This document shows positions 23,209 through 35,935 of a DNA stretch of 50,086 bases, in pieces (position 1 is the stretch's first letter; every line of letters starts with the position of its first letter). The stretch is from positions 92,036,872 through 92,086,957 of the forward strand of contig NC_068986.1 in the NCBI RefSeq assembly GCF_001194135.2, in the 5' to 3' direction. This DNA comes from Octopus bimaculoides (lineage: Eukaryota). A program made the position numbers and the translations under genes. The notes beneath the pieces are model-generated. The model had not been told where the DNA came from. It saw only the letters and a list, made by a program, of their open reading frames with translations, and did no database searches.

Positions 23209-23615
23209 ATATATATATATATATATATNNNNNNNNNNNNNNNNNNNNNNNNNNNNNNNNNNNNNNNNNNNNNNNNNNNNNNNNNNNNNNNNNNNNNNNN
23301 NNNNNNNNNNNNNNNNNNNNNNNNNNNNNNNNNNNNNNNNNNNNNNNNNNNNNNNNNNNNNNNNNNNNNNNNNNNTTTTATATCATTAATAAATTCGTAG
23401 AACTCATCAATAATATATTCAGGAAAACAATATTTAATATTTTGAAAGATATACATCCACCATAACATGGTAACATAATAAATTTAAAAGTTTAAAACAT
23501 AAATATACGGAATATAAATATGAATACATATAAAAATCTAAAAATAGATATATATATATGTTTAAATATATATGCGTATAAAAATTTATGTATAAAAATT
23601 TATGTATAAATAAGC

Positions 23616-23658
<43 letters not shown>

Positions 23659-23679
23659 CGTGCGTGTGTGTGTGTTTCG

Positions 23680-23885
23680 TTGTCTCTATGTTTGTCCACC
23701 ATCAGCGCTTCACAACCAGTGTTGGTGTGTTTACATCCCCGTAACTTAGCGGCTCGGCAAAAGAGACCAACAGAATAAATACTAGGCTTAAAATGAATAA
23801 ATACTGGGGTCGATTCATTCAACAAAAATTTCTTCAAGGCGCTGCCACAGCTTGGCCGCACTCTCATGACTAAACTAAGTAAAAG
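23680..23885 (+). mobile_element. SINE family A, 3' half
   Basis: CCCCGTAACTTAGCGGCTCGGCAAAAGAGACC through the tail. Confidence 0.82.
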
Positions 23886-24431
23886 GTGAACAGATCACCT
23901 AAGGAAATGGTCAAGGAAATGGGACACTCGAAGGATAAAAGACAAAGACAACCTCTGCGTGATTTGAACGCAGGTTGTAAAGGTTCAGAACAAAATACTG
24001 TAACGTTCTTAAACTGATATTCAATCGATAATGAAGTACTCATAACATACATATCTATTTGTAACAAATAGTAGTATGCATTTACTGTTATGTAACAACA
24101 TATTTGATGGCCAATCTCGTACATTTCAGATTTCACAAAGATTGCATGCAGAATATCGAAATCAATCGATTGAGAAGGAAAATTTTTCATCAGGTAAGCG
24201 CTACTGTCAAAATGCACAAGGTATTTCCGTAAATGTAGCTTCTGGTCAATCCTTAGCTTTGATCACAAACTAAAGGGTGCAAAGGTTTTTTTATTATTAT
24301 TTTTTTTTATACTCAGTTACTGGCTAAATTTTGACATGGCGTAATGTAAATGCAAACGCTTACATGTACGCTAACACACATGCACACATAGTACACACAC
24401 ACACACACACACGCACGCACGCATATTTTTC

Positions 24432-24463
<32 letters not shown>

Positions 24464-24500
24464 CATGTATGTACATATGAATATATACACATATATATAT

Positions 24501-24541
<41 letters not shown>

Positions 24542-25080
24542 AAGAGAGCTGGGGAAAGAGGCACATATGTGTATATATTCATATGTACATACATGTGNNN
24601 NNNNNNNNNNNNNNNNNNNNNNNNNNNNNNNNNNNNNNNNNNNNNNNNNNNNNNNNNNNNNNNNNNNNNNNNNNNNNNNNNNNNNNNNNNNNNNNNNNNN
24701 NNNNNNNNNNNNNNNNNNNNNNNNNNNNNNNNNNNNNNNNNNNNNNNNNNNNNNNNNNNNNNNNNNNNNNNNNNNNNNNNNNNNNNNNNNNNNNNNNNNN
24801 NNNNNNNNNNNNNNNNNNNNNNNNNNNNNNNNNNNNNNNNNNNNNNNNNNNNNNNNNNNNNNNNNNNNNNNNNNNNNNNNNNNNNNNNNNNNNNNNNNNN
24901 NNNNNNNNNNNNNNNNNNNNNNNNNNNNNNNNNTGTATATATACATATATATATACACGCACGCACGTACACAATCACACAAGCATACACACACGCACTC
25001 ATGCATAAAACAATAAGTACATATGCAGACAAATGGCAACTAAATATGTACGTTGGTACGTTTATATATATGTGTATATG

Positions 25081-25141
<61 letters not shown>

Positions 25142-25173
25142 GTGGGTGTGTATGTGTGTGTGTGTATGTGTGC

Positions 25174-25205
<32 letters not shown>

Positions 25206-25321
25206 ACATGTATGTATGTATGTATGAATACATACACAATTTTATTCCATAATATGCTACATCTACGAGGGACCAGCTGCTGTCAAGACAAAGGAAAATT
25301 GATGTTGCTATTGGCTCAGAC

Positions 25322-25558
25322 TGGCACTCATTTTATCGACCGCGGATCGATAAAAGGGGAAGTTATTTCCGTCTAGATTTAAGTTCACAGCATAAAGAAA
25401 TACAAGATACTTTCAATCGCTCTGGCAGTTTCTGCAGTTCTTTGTTTCTTTGTACCGATCTATATAATAATGGTTTCAAGTTTTGGTACAAGGCCAGCAA
25501 TTTCTGAGGAGAAGGTAAATCGATTACATCGGATCCAGTGTTCAATTGGTACTTATTT

Positions 25559-25560
<2 letters not shown>
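25322..25560 (-). mobile_element. Two degenerate SINE family B fragments
   Basis: ATAATGGTTTCAAGTTTTGGTACAAGGCCAGC tail (reverse strand) and TTTTATCGACC body. Confidence 0.6.
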
Positions 25561-25562
<2 letters not shown>

Positions 25563-25629
<67 letters not shown>

Positions 25630-25630
25630 T

Positions 25631-25682
<52 letters not shown>
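25563..25682. repeat. (TAA)n microsatellite
   Basis: About 40 units with one interruption. Confidence 0.97.
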
Positions 25683-25683
<1 letters not shown>

Positions 25684-25684
<1 letters not shown>

Positions 25685-26240
25685 GCCCTGATGTAATACA
25701 AAGCACTGGCTATACCCTGATGCAGTACCAAGCGCTGGCTCTCATAGCTTCTGATCTTAACTGATTGGAAGTGTTATCACATACATGTTTTATCTTGGTG
25801 TAAAACATGGGCTACAGCAAATATTCTGCTCAATACCACAGATTTGCTTGTCAGTTGTTTGACCTTAACCAGTTGAGCATGTCCTTTGATGGCTGACAAT
25901 ATGTACATCTCTGATCACGAGCAGAAGTAGTGGGGGAGCATCATAGCCATGTGTCGAGAGCAATTCATTGAGGTTTGAATAATTCACTTCTGGAAACATG
26001 GGTGTTTCGTTTATCATACTTAAACAAACCTTGAATGGGATAGGCTACTCGACCTGAAGAAAATTGTAACTGGGTTGCATCTGCAAGGTCATCTTGATAT
26101 GAGATCACCATGTTGTGCACATATGGTTGTAATGCATGTGCCTAGTGTACCCTTATCAGACGGGTAGTCATGATGGGTATATTGAACTTCGTATATTTTA
26201 CCCCAGTGTCACTTTGATAGCATGCGCTACTCTGTCACTC
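25684..26240 (+). mobile_element. Non-coding retroposon-like repeat (copy 1), bracketed by (AAT)n
   Basis: Colinear with 26300-26745; ends CCCCAGTGTCACTTTGATAGCATGCGCTACTCTGTCACTC(AAT)n; first about 30 bp duplicated. Strand and class are inferred. Confidence 0.7.
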
Positions 26241-26289
<49 letters not shown>

Positions 26290-26299
26290 CATCAACAAT

Positions 26300-26745
26300 A
26301 AATATTCTGCTTAATACCAAAGATTTGCTTGTCAGTTGTTTAACCTTAACCAGTTGAGCATGTCCCTTGGTGGCTGACGATATGTGCATCTCTGATCATG
26401 AGCAGAAGTAGTGGGGTAGCATCATAGCCATGTGTTGAGAGGAATTCTTTGAGGTTTGAACACTTCACCTTTGGAAACATGGGTGTTTTGCTCAACATCC
26501 TTAAACAAACCTTATTCAGGGACCTTTTGAGCGGGATGAGCTACTCGACCTGAAGAAAATTCTTACTGGACCCTTCCTTCGAGATCATGCGCTGTTTATC
26601 TTGATATGAGACCACTATGTCGCGTACATATGGTTGTGATGCATGTTCCTAGTGTACCCTTATCAGACGGGTAGTCATGATGGGTATATCGGACTTCGTA
26701 TATTTTACCCCAGTGTCACTTTGATGGCATGCACTGCTCTCTCAC
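26300..26745 (+). mobile_element. Same repeat (copy 2), left-truncated, bracketed by (AAT)n
   Basis: Starts at AAATATTCTGCT; shares the right end with copy 1. Confidence 0.7.
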
Positions 26746-26772
26746 ATAATAATAATAAAAATTATAATAATG

Positions 26773-26835
<63 letters not shown>

Positions 26836-26838
<3 letters not shown>

Positions 26839-27078
26839 GGAAAAAATACCTACTTACTGATAGACATTACAGTCCCTTCTGACCAAAGTATTGTTCATAA
26901 AGAAGTAGAACAATTGTCAAAGTATAAACACCTAGAAATTGACGTATTCAAGATGTGGGGCAGTGAAAACAATATCAGTAATAAAAACGAAAATAAAACT
27001 TTGGAAACAGCCCAAAGGGAGATAATTGAGAAACACTTGAAAGTCAACGTAAGATCACAATCATGTAAAGTAAAGTAA
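26836..27078 (+). mobile_element. R4/Dong-like restriction-like endonuclease fragment
   Basis: KNTYLLIDITVPSDQSIVHKEVEQLSKYKHLEIDVFKMWG matches the REL pattern IID..VP.D.....KE.EK..KY..L..E...MW. Confidence 0.75.
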
Positions 27079-27090
27079 ATTTAACAAATA

Positions 27091-27245
27091 ATCTAGAAAC
27101 CTTATCCGGTACCGGATCGATCCCCAAATCTAACCAGTTCGTGCCAGTCACCAGGCCAAAACATCTCTGAAAGTTTCATCAGAACCTATCCAACGGTTCT
27201 TGATATATCTTGTCCATGGACAAACAAACAAACAAACAAACACGA
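27091..27245 (+). mobile_element. Probable non-autonomous Helentron/DINE-1-like fragment
   Basis: Palindrome ATCCGGTACCGGAT, CCCCAAATCTAACCAG, GAAAGTTTCATCAGAACCTATCC..CGGTTCTTGATAT followed by (ACAA)n; 3' hairpin absent. Confidence 0.45.
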
Positions 27246-27253
27246 CCTTGCAT

Positions 27254-27405
<152 letters not shown>

Positions 27406-27836
27406 CCTTTCTACTATCGGTACAAGGCCCGAACATTTGGGGGAGGGGGATAGTCGAAACTTTAGACTACATTAAATATGTAGTTCAGAATATACAAAAG
27501 AAGACGGGATGTTCATGGTTGTATTTGATCATAGGTTATCTTAATTAAGGCTGACTTTTTAACATTGATAAAAACATATTTTGAATGACGAATGTATAAA
27601 AAAGGAATATCATAAGTAAAATTTCTCAACTGTCTTAATCACCCGAGTGTATGTGCGTAAGATAAATGAATAAAAAAATAATAATTAGAAGTGTAAATAT
27701 TTATTCGTTTATGTACAAACACGCTTAAGCTGAATCAGCTTTAATTTACAGCCTAGTTTCATCAGAGGTTGCCTTGTCATTCACTCCGTATGACAAGAGT
27801 CTATTATTTATCGCGATTAAGAAAACAGAGGTTGGT

Positions 27837-27947
27837 AAAATGGCGTCAATGCCCCATACCGACTTCCGGTAGGTCATGATAGATGTTGCGAACAAAAGTG
27901 ATATTTAAGCTATTTGTATCAATGATAACCCAGTTCTATATAAATAG
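27837..27947 (+). promoter_or_regulatory. Promoter-like motif cluster (YY1-like, ETS-like, TATA-like)
   Basis: AAAATGGCG 27837-27845, GACTTCCGGT 27861-27870 and TATATAAATAG 27937-27947 in unique sequence; motif match only. Confidence 0.2.
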
Positions 27948-28261
27948 GCGGTGATCCTCAGACATATATACACCCATACAACTAATATAATACAATTTCT
28001 ATTTTCCCGTGAGCTTCCCTTATTTTAAAACTTAACTTCACTTGGTTGATGTTGTTGAAAGCTCTCATTCACGAAGTCAAATTCTCTCTTATTCCGATGT
28101 GGGTGGGAAAAGAGATATGCCGTTCTTTTTTAAACCCCAAATATATACGACCTAACTGAAGTTAATAGACCTCCTAGAAGGAACTAACAAGATATTATTG
28201 GAAACGGTGCACATACGAATCAACTCACAGGCACAATTTTTGTTGACCCAACAATGTCAGT

Positions 28262-28490
28262 TGGAGGCGCAGAGTTTAGTGATTAGGGTGTCGGACTCAT
28301 ATCGTATGATTGCGGCTTCGATTCATAGACCGGTTGGTGAGCTGTGTTTTTGAGCAAAACACTTCATTTCACATTGATCCAGTCCACTCAGTTGACAAAA
28401 ATGAGTGATCTTGCGACGGACCGGCGTCCTGTCTAAGGGAAACCGGAAAAACCAACCCTATTAGTCTGTATGATTCGGAGATGATCTTCT
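28262..28490 (+). mobile_element. tRNA-derived SINE, working family C2 (diverged)
   Basis: Colinear with 33135-33393 (TTGAGCAAAACACTTCATTTCAC.TTG.TCCAGTCCACTCAG). Confidence 0.8.
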
Positions 28491-28986
28491 GTCCCTATAC
28501 TAATCAGGGAGTAATATTGAAGGTCGGACGATGTCAGTAAGAATGGTAGTGACTTTCCCATGTTAGCAGTGAATCAGACGATAAATTTTAGAGGAGATGG
28601 ATTGAGTGAACTGGATCAACCTCACTATATAACTGGTATTTGTCAGCAAAGAGATGAGAGACTTATGCAGTGAAGGTAAAAGAAGGGATCCTCTACTTGG
28701 TAATTCCAACTATATAGATAGCAATAAAATCTACCACAAACCAAATATTTACCGTTTATAAAATGTTAAAGCGTATTGTATATGATAAATCTAAAGTCTA
28801 ATGGTCCTATCATAGCTGGATCAAGATTGACACAGGATTAAGTTAGGCCACGAACATGCCTGTTTGGTTAAGAAGTTCGCTTCGTAACTACGTATGTCCG
28901 GAATCAATACTATTGCACGGCCTTTTGGATAAGAGTCTTTTACAATATATGAGCGTGTATGTGTATAAATGTAAGTATATATATAT

Positions 28987-29470
28987 GATGGACTCCCGCG
29001 TCGGTTTCGACGTATGAAGCTCCGGCAACGCACTCTTTCGTTGTCAGTCATAATGCTTATGTCGAATGTGACATTTAAGTCTCGCAAACGATTTGCAAAA
29101 AAGGCCACAGATGTTGCAAGTATGAGGATCACAGGTCAATGCAAGGGGTATATCTGCAGCAGCTTTTCTCCTTTGCCTTGCACCCCGAAGCCTGTTAATG
29201 CTGGCTGCAACAAAGTTTTTAATACCATTTTGACACAACAATCTCCATTTTGTTCGTTCCCAGGCTGTTCGCTCAATGGTATTGCGAGCGATCTTCAGCT
29301 TGTCTTTATATCTGAGCCATGATTGATCAACATTCGTGTGCCCACTCTCAAGTTGGCTGTACATGAGGACTTTGGGTATTCTTTCGTCATTCTGATAACA
29401 TGGTCAACCCAGCGCAATTATGATTGTGTAAGGAAGCTCTCAATTCAACCTATCTTACACTTGCTAAACA
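28987..29470 (-). mobile_element. RTE (BovB-like) LINE 3' remnant
   Basis: LRWVDHVIRM, PKVLMYSQL..G, LRYKDKLK, ERTKWR, C-terminal CNIC...CKS...L.CH.RH, and a terminal stem-loop. Confidence 0.85.
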
Positions 29471-30401
29471 AGTCGGCATTATATATAAAAGAACGTATAT
29501 CTATGTGCACCCATGTGTGTGTGTGTGTGTGTGTNNNNNNNNNNNNNNNNNNNNNNNNNNNNNNNNNNNNNNNNNNNNNNNNNNNNNNNNNNNNNNNNNN
29601 NNNNNNNNNNNNNNNNNNNNNNNNNNNNNNNNNNNNNNNNNNNNNNNNNNNNNNNNNNNNNNNNNNNNNNNNNNNNNNNNNNNNNNNNNNNNNNNNNNNN
29701 NNNNNNNNNNNNNNNNNNNNNNNNNNNNNNNNNNNNNNNNNNNNNNNNNNNNNNNNNNNNNNNNNNNNNNNNNNNNNNNNNNNNNNNNNNNNNNNNNNNN
29801 NNNNNNNNNNNNNNNNNNNNNNNNNNNNNNNNNNNNNNNNNNNNNNNNNNNNNNNNNNNNNNNNNNNNNNNNNNNNNNNNNNNNNNNNNNNNNNNNNNNN
29901 NNNNNNNNNNNNNNNNNNNNNNNNNNNNNNNNNNNNNNNNNNNNNNNNNNNNNNNNNNNNNNNNNNNNNNNNNNNNNNNNNNNNNNNNNNNNNNNNNNNN
30001 NNNNNNNNNNNNNNNNNNNNNNNNNNNNNNNNNNNNNNNNNNNNNNNNNNNNNNNNNNNNNNNNNNNNNNNNNNNNNNNNNNNNNNNNNNNNNNNNNNNN
30101 NNNNNNNNNNNNNNNNNNNNNNNNNNNNNNNNNNNNNNNNNNNNNNNNNNNNNNNNNNNNNNNNNNNNNNNNNNNNNNNNNNNNNNNNNNNNNNNNNNNN
30201 NNNNNNNNNNNNNNNNNNNNNNNNNNNNNNNNNNNNNNNNNNNNNNNNNNNNNNNNNNNNNNNNNNNNNNNNNNNNNNNNNNNNNNNNNNNNNNNNNNNN
30301 NNNNNNNNNNNNNNNNNNNNNNNNNNNNNNNNNNNNNNNNNNNNNNNNNNNNNNNNNNNNNNNNNNNNNNNNNNNNNNNNNNNNNNNNNNNNNNNNNNNN
30401 N

Positions 30402-30467
<66 letters not shown>

Positions 30468-30705
30468 TATGTATGAACATATGTATTGAGAGAATAAGAG
30501 AGAAAGAGGAAAAAGAGGGAGATGGAAGAAGACGCCCTTCGTATCTACTATTTCTTCTGAGGATATAGGTGTCTGTATGTAGGGAGGATAAATCATGAAT
30601 GGAATATGATATACGGAAACTGCAGAAGTCTGGTGTGTGTTTGTGTATGCACACAACGTATATGATTCACTCTTCTTATCTTTGTAACTATTTCTGTTGG
30701 AGATG

Positions 30706-31165
30706 TGAAAGGGTGATGAGAAAAAAAGTTAATCTCAGCGGAATTTGAACCAAGAGCGAACAAAATCGGAACAAATACCGCGAGAGATTCTATTCAGCGT
30801 CTAACGCTTCTGACAATTTGGCGGTCTTATTTTGGGACACCATATGGTTTCAAATTTTGGCACAAGGCCGGCAATTTTAAGGGAGTGAATAAGTCGATTA
30901 CCTTGACCCAGTGTTCAACTAGTAGTTATTTTACGCTCGTAAAAATGAGAGGCAAAGTCGACCTCAGCAAGAATGAAACCCAAAACGCATAGAGCAGGAA
31001 GAAATAACGCTAAGTGTTCTCTCTGAATCACTAACGACTCTACCAGCTCGACGCCATATTTTGAGAGCTAAAATAAATTTATCAGTATATAAATAACAGA
31101 GAGGTGTTTTATGCTTCGATATCAAAAAGGATAAATTCGAAGGCGGAATACGTTTCAACTGAGGA
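30706..31165 (-). mobile_element. Head-to-tail array of three degenerate SINE B copies
   Basis: B segments at about 30706-30830, 30843-31056 and 31075-31165, all on the minus strand. Confidence 0.65.
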
Positions 31166-31493
31166 TCGAATCTATGTTTTCAGCTTAATGCAAAGGAGAA
31201 ATTTTTTTTTTTTGAGCGGGGTGGATTTTGTTTCAGTTACACCTTAATCTCAACGACAGGATCTTAATATTTAATATATATGGTCAATATATATGGTAAA
31301 TTGTAAAAATAACCTTTTCCAGGTCCTTATCGAATTGTCAGGAAAATCTTTTCTGATTCAAGTGATACAGCACGTAACGATTATTGTGTAGAAAATAAAG
31401 ACGAACACGTGTATGTGTTTAAATGTATATGCATAAATAATTTGCGTATATTAATGCACAAATATTTGTGTATGAAGTATGTGTGTGGTGTAG

Positions 31494-31541
<48 letters not shown>

Positions 31542-31552
31542 GTGTGCATGTA

Positions 31553-31601
<49 letters not shown>

Positions 31602-31658
31602 NNNNNNNNNNNNNNNNNNNNNNNNNNNNNNNNNNNNNNNNNNNNNNNNNNNNNNNNN

Positions 31659-31718
<60 letters not shown>

Positions 31719-32249
31719 GGCGAAGAAGAGTGAGAGTGGAAGACGTTGTGGTACTGTGCCTCACCCTTCATATCTCATAATTATGTCTGTTGACGGTGTG
31801 AGGGAGGATGAAATTAATGACTGCTCACGTTAGAAGTTTTAGTATCAACTCAGCGATTCAGATAATCAAATTAAGGGATCAGAGTCCCGTGAAAAATGAG
31901 GAAGATATGGTTGAAGGAAGCAAAAGAGTAACCACCGCCCTATTTTTGTTTAAAGGACCCAATCTCCCGTCTGATCCCAGTGCAACACTAACATAGCAAA
32001 TAGGGAGAGATAGGATATAGTTTCAAATTCTGGGATTGTCGGTCGTTAAAATTATCGTTAAAATTTAGGGACGCTCACGTACGACTGTGTACGTGTCGAA
32101 ACACATTCATAGTTAACACACGTATTTATACACACAGATGCATGTAAAAATACGGATAAACAAATATCTCAGCACCCATAGCTTTAAGTGTATTAGATAA
32201 GAATATACATGTTTGTACATATATATGTATGTATGTACAAACACACACA

Positions 32250-33910
32250 CACACAACCATCATCAAGTTGGTCTGTTTGTATCCCTGGCAGAACATAAAT
32301 TCTTTATAGCAATCTTCCAATGGATGCTGTCCAATGTTTTCTTTTCACTTGTTTCCATGTTATCTATATCACCTGTCATTCCTTCTCTATCGATCTCACA
32401 TACGTAATCCCCGAGGGTCCTGCTTTCCTTTCCTATTCTGGATTTCATTCCAATGTTTGCTTTGCCAAACATTATTCTGGTTTTTCTAATGTAACGCCTG
32501 TCCATCTCCACTTACATCTTCCTATTTGTCAGTCAAATAGTTCCTGCTTGGTTCTGCATCAGAGGTATTTGTGGCTCAAAATTTACGGATATCTAATGTT
32601 TAAGATATTTCTGGATGCTTGGAGTCTTCCGAACATTCCGAAATACCTTAAAACAATGGCAATTAGCGGCGAACATATTCATTCGCCACTAATTGCCGTT
32701 ATATAGTAAGACAGATTTGGCTTTACTATTAAAAATTTGCAGCTAAATACTTCTGAACTTTTTGTTTTCTAGACAAGCTTTAAATCGTTGGAGCTTGAAT
32801 CGCTTTTCCAAGTTACATTGCGACGTTCGGTTTTGTACAGCTAGTTCTGGACATTTCGTCTCCTAGATACATAAAACATTCCACTTCATTCAACATATGA
32901 CTTTTTATTTTTTGCTACCGTGAGAAAGCCAAGGTCATCGCTTTCAATCTTCATGATTTCTGTCTTTCAACGTTAAGCCTCGATCTGGCTTTCACTGGTG
33001 TATCTGTTAGTCAAGCTGTCTTTCTCTGTGTGTCTACAGCATTCTTAAATATCAGACAATTGTCGTCCGTAAATCTAGATCCTTCAGCATCTACATTTTA
33101 CGCTCCCCCTTTTTTTATGTAGTGTAACTTCAGTGGAAGTGCGTGACTTAGTGGTTAGGGTGTCAGCATCATGATCGTAAGATTGTGGTTTCGATTCCTG
33201 GACCTGACGACGCGTTGTGTTCTTGAGCAAAACACTTCATTTCACGTTGCTCCAGTCCACTCAGCTGGCAAAAATGAGTAACGCTGCGATGGACTGGCGT
33301 CCCGTCCAGCTGGGGAACACATACGCCATTGAAACCGGGAAACCGGGCCCATGAGCCTGGCCAGGCTTTAAAAGGGCGCATTTATTTATATTTTAGTGTA
33401 ATTTCACCTAGTGAATCGCCTTCAAGCAGATCATTAGTTTGTTATAATCATCCATTCTTTATTCCTGTTTTTATTTCGAAAATCTCCCATTACATATTAC
33501 TTGACGATGGGTATCTTTGTAGATATCAATGAGCGTATTGGGGATTCCACAGCGGCGGAGTAGACCCCGCCCCAAGTCACCTTCCTACCAACAAAATTGA
33601 AAGCTTTTTTTAAAACTCGATAAAATAGAAAGCGAGGGGAGCCTGCCATTCCTGTGATTGTTAGAAGATGATCCAGAGTGTAAGAATATTATCCTTTCTA
33701 AATCCTGCTTGTTGTGCCCTTGACATCTGTTCGACTGCATTTTTCGATCTCTCAAAAATGATCCTGCAAGTACCTTGCTAGCTATTGATAGATGATCTGA
33801 TACCAGTTTTTTTCAGTCGCTAAGATCTTGATTTGCTTGTTACTTGATAGTTTAGCTCCTGTTCAGTGGGTATTTTGCTTTGCCCTTTTGTCTTCTGTAG
33901 AGTGGTAGGG
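32250..33910 (-). mobile_element. Old RTE-clade LINE remnant (RT domain to 3' end), interrupted by a SINE
   Basis: Motifs across frameshifts: LSIASKV, QQAGFRK, QSQEWQ, CGIPNTLI, DLDFTDDNCL (YADD equivalent), YLG, RNILNIR, RCKWRWTG, NPE..RK.G. Confidence 0.8.
33135..33393 (+). mobile_element. SINE family C2, full length
   Basis: A-box-like TGACTTAGTGG, B-box-like GTTTCGATTCC; 13-bp TSD TAGTGTAA(C/T)TTCA at 33120-33132 and 33394-33406. Confidence 0.9.
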
Positions 33911-34016
33911 TGGAGGCTTCCAAGTCAATGGAGGGGGTAGATATCCACTCACGGGGTTTTGAACAAGGTTCCACATGGATCTGCAGCTTTTCTGTTTTTC
34001 AGTACCTTTAGAGTAT

Positions 34017-34017
<1 letters not shown>

Positions 34018-34109
<92 letters not shown>
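34018..34109. repeat. (CA)n microsatellite
   Basis: About 45 units. Confidence 0.98.
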
Positions 34110-34113
<4 letters not shown>

Positions 34114-34365
34114 AACAGAGGGTATTCAAGTTCTAGCAATTAGTTTCGTGCTGTGAAAACACTATAATCTGACAAGCTTATATAACATGTCATGTGGGTC
34201 CAAACAATCTAATAGTGTTTTCCCAGCATGGAATTAATAGCAGCTCGAATTTAACTATTATGTATATTAAATGATATTTATCTCTCACTGGATGGAGAAC
34301 ATTTTTGTTGATCTTACTAACGGAACAGTCAATTATATATGTGTATGTATGTGTGTGTGTGCGTG

Positions 34366-34396
<31 letters not shown>

Positions 34397-34959
34397 ATAA
34401 ATTTTGTATATACATGCATACAGATACACACGCAAACACACAGACACAGACAGATAGACAGACAGACACACACACATATCGTAGATCCAATATAAGTAGA
34501 ATCAACAAATAAGTACTCTATTCAGTGAGAAATAAATATCAATTTAATATGCATTACGAAAGAGTTACTTATACTTTCTTGCTTTTACGATAATTTAAAT
34601 ATGCATATTTATAAAACACGCCATGTATTTCCAACCAATCTTTGAGTGTCCGTGTATGCGTTAGATATATATTAAAAACCAGGATGATGGGCAGTAAGAA
34701 AATAATAATAATAAAAAAAAAAACGAAAAGAAAAAAATGACAAAAAATGTTAATACTAAAAATGGAACGAGAAGAAAGAAAGAAAAGCAAGAAAATCAAG
34801 ATCCCCGTCCTCCCTGATTGCAGAAACCACGATTAATGCAGTTGGTGTACAACAATATAATAGAAAATATGCCAAAGTCTGTGAAACAGAAACTCAATCC
34901 GGAGCTGGTGGTGTTCTCCACTTCGACAAAAGAAACCTATCTACGTGTTTGCCCTTGCT

Positions 34960-35060
34960 AAAAATTTCAGATCTGGAATTAAGCAGTGTGGTAGAATTCT
35001 TGGATGTAAGAAATGCAACTTATGCATAGCAGAAAAATCTCATATCCTTGTGTTCTTTAT
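34960..35060 (+). mobile_element. Possible Penelope-like endonuclease C-terminal remnant
   Basis: GCKKCNLCIAEKSHIL resembles the K.C.LC..EK..IL motif; short match only. Confidence 0.3.
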
Positions 35061-35232
35061 TGAAAGATTTATTTTAGGAGTTTAGTGCAGACTCAAGCAT
35101 TAAGCGACGGTCTTCCACCCAGTTTTCGTCACATACAATGGGCCTGCCTGGAGTTATAGTAGATGACATTTATCCAAAGTATTGTTACACGTGTTCCTGA
35201 TGAACTGTACAATACGTCAGTCTTTACAACGG

Positions 35233-35255
35233 TTATTATTATTGTTATTATTATT

Positions 35256-35315
<60 letters not shown>

Positions 35316-35600
35316 ATTATTATTATTATGTTGTTTTTTTCCTTCTTTCTTCAAATTTTCTTCTATTTCTCGCCGAGTGTTTTCCGTACACCTAGGGCAG
35401 AGAAGCTCATTGTTTGCATTCCCAGTTTACACACGCAAATTCACAGGTAAAATATGTATTAAAAAAAATTAATGAATAAATAAATTCATGAATGGATGTT
35501 GTTTTCACAGCAATAATGCTCTTCTCAGTACATGAGTCGTTCCAGTTAACACGATTTTTTGCACTTCCTGTTATTATTATTATTATTATTATTATCATCA

Positions 35601-35647
<47 letters not shown>

Positions 35648-35682
35648 TCGTTTTATTTTTATAACGTACTTTCACTTCACTA

Positions 35683-35740
<58 letters not shown>
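35233..35740. repeat. (TTA)n/(GTT)n/(TCA)n trinucleotide tracts
   Basis: Visible runs; the last abuts a SINE B head. Confidence 0.93.
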
Positions 35741-35742
<2 letters not shown>

Positions 35743-35933
35743 GGCGGTGAGCTGGCAGAATCGTTAGCACCCTGGACGAAATGCTTAGCGGTATTATGCC
35801 CGTCGCTACGCTTTGAGTTCAAATTCCGCCCTTTCGGGGCTGATAAATTAAGTATCAGTGAAACCTAGGATCGATGTAATCGACTAGTCCCCTCCCACAA
35901 AATTTCTTGCCTTGTGCTTTTAGTAGAAAGGAT
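35741..35933 (+). mobile_element. SINE family B (B1 tail) with an internal deletion of about 22 bp
   Basis: AAGGCGGTGAGCTGGCAGAATCG head; TTCCGCC joined directly to CTTTCGGGG. Confidence 0.88.
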
Positions 35934-35935
35934 AA

